Below are positions 29,302 through 32,988 of a stretch of DNA of 32,988 nt, in pieces. Within the stretch, counting starts at the first letter, position 1; each line of letters begins with the position of its first letter. The notes beneath the pieces were generated by a model. That model worked only from the letters and a program-made list of their open reading frames with translations. It was not told the origin of the DNA and did no database searches. The position numbers were made by a program, and so were the translations under genes. This DNA comes from Spirochaetales bacterium (lineage in GTDB: Bacteria; Spirochaetota; Spirochaetia; JABMQR01): the NCBI GenBank assembly GCA_023139255.1, contig JAGLNY010000069.1, positions 1 to 32,988 of the forward strand, given 5' to 3'.

Positions 29302-29312
29302 AAATTTTATTC
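29286..29312. repeat. Perfect 12-bp inverted repeat spanning the recA stop codon
   Basis: GAATAAAATTTT-gta-AAAATTTTATTC. Confidence 0.85.
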
Positions 29313-29314
29313 CA

Positions 29315-29343
29315 TAGACTTATATCGAAGAAATTAATATACT
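29315..29343 (+). promoter_or_regulatory. Putative sigma70 promoter of scpA-scpB-rluB-cmk-rpsA
   Basis: TAGACT (29315-29320), a 17-bp spacer, TATACT (29338-29343), then 9 nt to the scpA ATG. Confidence 0.7.
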
Positions 29344-29352
29344 ATCCTGAAG

Positions 29353-30132
29353 ATGATTGAACAGCAACAAAAAGAAAAAAATAGTTTTAAATTACAAAAA
29401 TTTGAAGGCCCTCTGGATCTTCTATTATTTCTCATACAAAAATCAGAAATTAATATCTATGATATACCAATATCAGAAATCACAGAACAGTATTTGAGGT
29501 ATTTACAGTATACTACGAAGATTGATTTAAATAATTTAACAGATTTTTATTCTATGGCAGCAACTCTGATATATATAAAATCAAAAATGCTATTGCCTGT
29601 GGAAGTTGAATTTGATGAAGACTTTGAAGATCCACGCAGGGAATTAGTTGAACGATTGATTGAATATCAAAAGTATAAGAAATACTCAGAATTGATTGCA
29701 GAAAAAGAGAGTGAACTGGATTATATATTTACACGAAAAAATACACAAAAGACGCTCCCTTTTGAAGATGAATCCTTGTGGGAAGAGATTGATGCATGGG
29801 ACTTATTGAAAACTTTTTCAGGTATTCTTTCAAAAATTGCCCCTGAGAAAGTAATAAATATGTTCGAAGAAGTTTCAGTAAATGAAAAAGTAACATTGAT
29901 GTATGAGTTGTTTGAAAATTCAAGCGAAATATCATTTTCTGATCTTGTTGTTAGGCACAATTCACCACTAGATATTATCTGTGCTTTCCTGGCTATATTG
30001 GAAGCAGTTAAAATCCGGATAATAAAAATATACCAAAATACAATTTTTGGTGATATTCGTATAGCAAAAAGAGATGATGTGAACCCGCTTTACAGTGTTC
30101 TGGATGATTTTGCAGAAGGAGAAGAATTATGA
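29353..30132 (+). CDS. scpA: Segregation and condensation protein A (kleisin)
   Basis: Motifs FEGPLDLLLFLI, IYDIPISEITEQYL, MAATLIYIKSKMLLP, DPRRELVERLIEY and FLAILE. Confidence 0.97.
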   Translation: MIEQQQKEKNSFKLQKFEGPLDLLLFLIQKSEINIYDIPISEITEQYLRYLQYTTKIDLNNLTDFYSMAATLIYIKSKMLLPVEVEFDEDFEDPRRELVERLIEYQKYKKYSELIAEKESELDYIFTRKNTQKTLPFEDESLWEEIDAWDLLKTFSGILSKIAPEKVINMFEEVSVNEKVTLMYELFENSSEISFSDLVVRHNSPLDIICAFLAILEAVKIRIIKIYQNTIFGDIRIAKRDDVNPLYSVLDDFAEGEEL

Positions 30133-30677
30133 TGCCTAATTCGTTAAGCAGTGAAACCAGATACATTGAATCAATTCTTTACCTGGAAAATGAACCTATT
30201 GATTTGGCTGCTATATGTCGCATTTCTTCATTTCAAAAAGATATTGTAGTTCAGGCTCTTGCTGAATTGAAAATTCATTATTCTGAAGGTAATCATGGTA
30301 TTGAAATTAGTGAATTTGCCGGAGGTTTTCATTTTATGCCTAAAGAAGACTTATGGCCTGAACTTAAAAATCATTACGGCAGGAAGATAGATAGAAGATT
30401 ATCAAAATCTGCTTTAGAAACTATATCAATAATCGCATATTCTCAGCCAATAACAAGAAGAGAAGTGGAAAATATCAGAGGGGTTTCTTCTGATAATGTC
30501 TTGAGACTTCTCCTTGAACGCGAGTATGTTCATGTTATCGGCAGAAAAGATGTTCTTGGAAGACCATTCCTATATGGCACAACCAAAAAATTCTTACAGG
30601 ATTTTAATCTGAAAAGTATTTCTTCACTACCAAAACTTGGTGATTTAGATAAAGAGAGATTTAATGAACAAGAATAA
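30129..30677 (+). CDS. scpB: Segregation and condensation protein B
   Basis: Motifs LSKSALETISIIAYSQPITRREVENIRGV and GRPFLYGTTKKFL. ATGA overlap with scpA. Confidence 0.97.
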   Translation: MMPNSLSSETRYIESILYLENEPIDLAAICRISSFQKDIVVQALAELKIHYSEGNHGIEISEFAGGFHFMPKEDLWPELKNHYGRKIDRRLSKSALETISIIAYSQPITRREVENIRGVSSDNVLRLLLEREYVHVIGRKDVLGRPFLYGTTKKFLQDFNLKSISSLPKLGDLDKERFNEQE

Positions 30678-31401
30678 AAGTATTTCAATATATCCCATAA
30701 GACTCCAAAGTTATTTAGCGAAATGCGGAGTATGCTCCAGACGAAAAGCAGAAGATTTTATCCGTAATGGTTTTGTCACCATTAATAACAAAATTGTTCT
30801 TAACCCGGCAGAAAAAATCAATATGGACGATGCTGTATATTGTAATAATCAATATATTGAACCAATGGATCTTATATATATTGCATTGAACAAACCAAAA
30901 GGCTATGTCTGCACCAACTCTGACCCCCATGAAAAATTATTTTCCAGAGACTTAATTGCAATTCCTGAACAAAAATCACTTTTTCATGTAGGTCGTCTTG
31001 ACAAAGACTCCACTGGTTTAATCTTTTATACAAATGACGGCGATTTTGCCAATCGTGTTTCACATCCATCATTTGGTGTAGAAAAAGAGTATGTAGTCAG
31101 AACTAAGGAGAAAATAGATAAAAAAGATCTTCTTTCTGCTTTGAAAGGAATTCGTATACAAAGAATCCTCTATAAAATTGAAAAATTTCATTTTATTAAC
31201 AGCAGAACAGCCTCACTCATTTTATTAGAAGGAAAAAATAGGGAAATCAGGAAAATTATGGACCATTTGGGTTATAAAATTCTTTCATTAAACAGAATCA
31301 GAATAGGATCTATTGAACTTGCAAATCTACAGTCTGGTTGTTTCAGGTATATAAAAAAGAAGGAAATGGCACAATTGTTGAATAAAAGGGGTGCCAAATG
31401 A
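30664..31401 (+). CDS. rluB: RsuA/RluB-family rRNA pseudouridine synthase
   Basis: S4 domain (RLQSYLAKCGVCSRRKAE), LNKPKGY, catalytic VGRLDKDSTGL and EGKNREIR. The scpAB-rluB-cmk context supports the RluB call. Confidence 0.85.
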   Translation: MNKNKSISIYPIRLQSYLAKCGVCSRRKAEDFIRNGFVTINNKIVLNPAEKINMDDAVYCNNQYIEPMDLIYIALNKPKGYVCTNSDPHEKLFSRDLIAIPEQKSLFHVGRLDKDSTGLIFYTNDGDFANRVSHPSFGVEKEYVVRTKEKIDKKDLLSALKGIRIQRILYKIEKFHFINSRTASLILLEGKNREIRKIMDHLGYKILSLNRIRIGSIELANLQSGCFRYIKKKEMAQLLNKRGAK

Positions 31402-32060
31402 TAGTAGCTATCGATGGTCCTGCAGGTGTTGGGAAAAGTACAATAGCAAAAAATATAGCTGATAAGTGTGGTCTTTTTTATATAAATTCAGGGAATTATT
31501 ATCGGGCAGTTGCATATAAGCATCTATCATTCGGTGAGAAGCCGGCTATTGATTCTGAAATAATTAAAACTGCACGCAGCTGCAGTTTCTCAATAAATAA
31601 TGGAAAACTAATGCTTGATGGGAAACTGATTGAGCATCTATTGCATAATAAAAAGATCGATATGGCATCCTCGGTTTTTTCTTCAATTGTTGAAGTTAGA
31701 CTCATCATTAATGAGGCGTTGCGGGATGCCTCAAAATCACTTGATATAATTATGGAAGGGAGGGACATAACAACCGTTGTTTTTCCCAACGCTGATCTGA
31801 AATTCTATTTAGGTGCATCACCGGAAATTCGTGCTGAAAGAAGATTTAGACAAAACGAATCCGATTTGTCTCTCATAGAACTGAAAAAAGAAATAATTAA
31901 GCGTGATTATAACGATCTTAACAAGAAATTCGGTGCTTTGAAACAGGCAAATGATGCTGTATTTATAGATACATCATACTTGACCATAGAGGAAGTTTGT
32001 GACAAAGTAGTACAGAAGATTTTAGGCTTAAAGCAATCAAAAGTATCAGGAGAATCATAG
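31398..32060 (+). CDS. cmk: Cytidylate kinase
   Basis: Motifs VAIDGPAGVGKST, EGRDITTVVFPNADLKFYL and RDYND. Lies upstream of rpsA. Confidence 0.96.
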   Translation: MIVAIDGPAGVGKSTIAKNIADKCGLFYINSGNYYRAVAYKHLSFGEKPAIDSEIIKTARSCSFSINNGKLMLDGKLIEHLLHNKKIDMASSVFSSIVEVRLIINEALRDASKSLDIIMEGRDITTVVFPNADLKFYLGASPEIRAERRFRQNESDLSLIELKKEIIKRDYNDLNKKFGALKQANDAVFIDTSYLTIEEVCDKVVQKILGLKQSKVSGES

Positions 32061-32988
32061 TGGCAACAGAGAATAGTGTCGATAATAATGATATCGACAA
32101 AACAAATGAAATGCAGAATCTATTACAGGAAGAATACTTAAAATCTCTTGATGAAATCGAAGAAGGACAGATTGTTTCCGGACGTGTAGTACAAGTGAAC
32201 AATGAATTTATTTTTGTTGACGTCGGTTACAAATCAGAAGGCAGAATTCCCATTATTGAATTCTCAGAAGTGCCCTCTGTTGGATCAACTGTTAGTGTCG
32301 TTTTTGTCAGTAAGGAAGGACGTGGAGGACAAGTAGTTGTATCTAAACAGAAAGCTGATCTAATGATCAGAACCGAACACCTTAGAGAAGCTGCTGAAAA
32401 ACATGAACCTGTTGAGGGTACTTTCTCAAAAGTTATTAAAGGTGGTTTTGAGGTCGATTTATTACATGACTTGAAAGGTTTTTGCCCATTATCAAAAGCT
32501 GATCTGATTAGGGTAGAAGAACCTGAGGATTATATTGGCATCAAGGATTTCTTTATAATTGATAAACTTCATACAGGTACAAGATTAAAATCTGTTTTAT
32601 CAAGACGGGCCTTTCTGGAAAAAGCAATCAAAGTAAAAAAAGAAGAGTTTTTTAACACAGTCAAGGTTGAGGATGAAATAGAAGGAATTGTTAAAAGTTT
32701 TACTTCTTTTGGTGCATTTGTAGACCTTGGTGGTTTTGATGGATTGCTTCATATCAATGATATGAGTTGGGGGCATGTAACCCGGCCAAAAGATTATGTA
32801 AAAAAAGGTGATAAAATAAATCTTAAAGTTATTCATATTGATATTGAATCACAGAAAATTAATCTTTCGCTTAAACATTTTACTGAAGACCCATGGGTTT
32901 CTTTTGAACAAAGATATCAGCTTAATGATGTAGTTGATGGAAAAGTAACAAAAATAACAGATTTTGGTGTTTTTATTGAACTTGAAGA
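32060..32988 (+). CDS. rpsA: 30S ribosomal protein S1, 3' truncated (not in the ORF track)
   Basis: The GTG at 32060 overlaps the cmk TAG and has SD AGGAG at 32048-32052. It translates to S1 repeats: FVDVGYKSEGRIP, FGAFVDLGGFDGLLHINDMSWGHV, KINLSLK and ITDFGVFIEL. The frame runs off the window end. Confidence 0.97.
   Translation, partial: MATENSVDNNDIDKTNEMQNLLQEEYLKSLDEIEEGQIVSGRVVQVNNEFIFVDVGYKSEGRIPIIEFSEVPSVGSTVSVVFVSKEGRGGQVVVSKQKADLMIRTEHLREAAEKHEPVEGTFSKVIKGGFEVDLLHDLKGFCPLSKADLIRVEEPEDYIGIKDFFIIDKLHTGTRLKSVLSRRAFLEKAIKVKKEEFFNTVKVEDEIEGIVKSFTSFGAFVDLGGFDGLLHINDMSWGHVTRPKDYVKKGDKINLKVIHIDIESQKINLSLKHFTEDPWVSFEQRYQLNDVVDGKVTKITDFGVFIELE

Noticed and set aside
29353-30677. scpA/scpB as part of a Wadjet/MksBEF defence system
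   Set aside because: These are canonical ScpA/ScpB sequences in the housekeeping scpAB-rluB-cmk context, with no SMC-like ATPase or JetD nuclease adjacent.
1489-32836. Numerous 60-139 aa ORFs in the track that are antisense to or nested within larger genes (e.g. 1489-1836, 13017-13370, 17631-17945, 22272-22691, 32600-32836)
   Set aside because: All overlap well-supported housekeeping CDSs and show no recognisable motifs. They are typical shadow frames.
1-32988. CRISPR arrays, tRNA/rRNA genes, IS elements, prophage, introns/inteins
   Set aside because: No spaced repeats, cloverleafs, transposase or integrase ORFs, or in-frame insertions were seen. RecA, PNPase and MutS are normal length, and the largest intergenic gap is only ~330 bp.

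Overview
AT-rich bacterial chromosomal window, almost certainly from a spirochaete (Spirochaetota). The evidence is tamB-bamA linkage, a ~890-aa GreA, NusA with a C-terminal zinc ribbon, a RibF with a degenerate kinase half, and a gene order resembling Borrelia/Treponema. It is densely packed core genome with 26 CDSs: tamB (5' truncated), bamA, mutS, comF, rimP, nusA, infB, rbfA, truB, ribF-like, rpsO, pnp, dut, lptF, lptG, tgt, murJ, greA (the only minus-strand gene), rpe, dtd, recA, scpA, scpB, rluB, cmk and rpsA (3' truncated, missing from the ORF track). I found no RNA genes, mobile elements, CRISPR arrays, defence islands or other convincingly new multi-gene system. The points worth a second look are small. 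They include a rimP-leader attenuator crossed by a possible uORF, a long greA leader holding a 39-codon ORF, a Tudor/RID-like motif inside the giant GreA, two apparently leaderless genes (rpe, scpA), a structured pnp leader, the absence of skp after bamA, and the kinase-degenerate RibF. All calls come from reading motifs by eye, with no database search or folding program.
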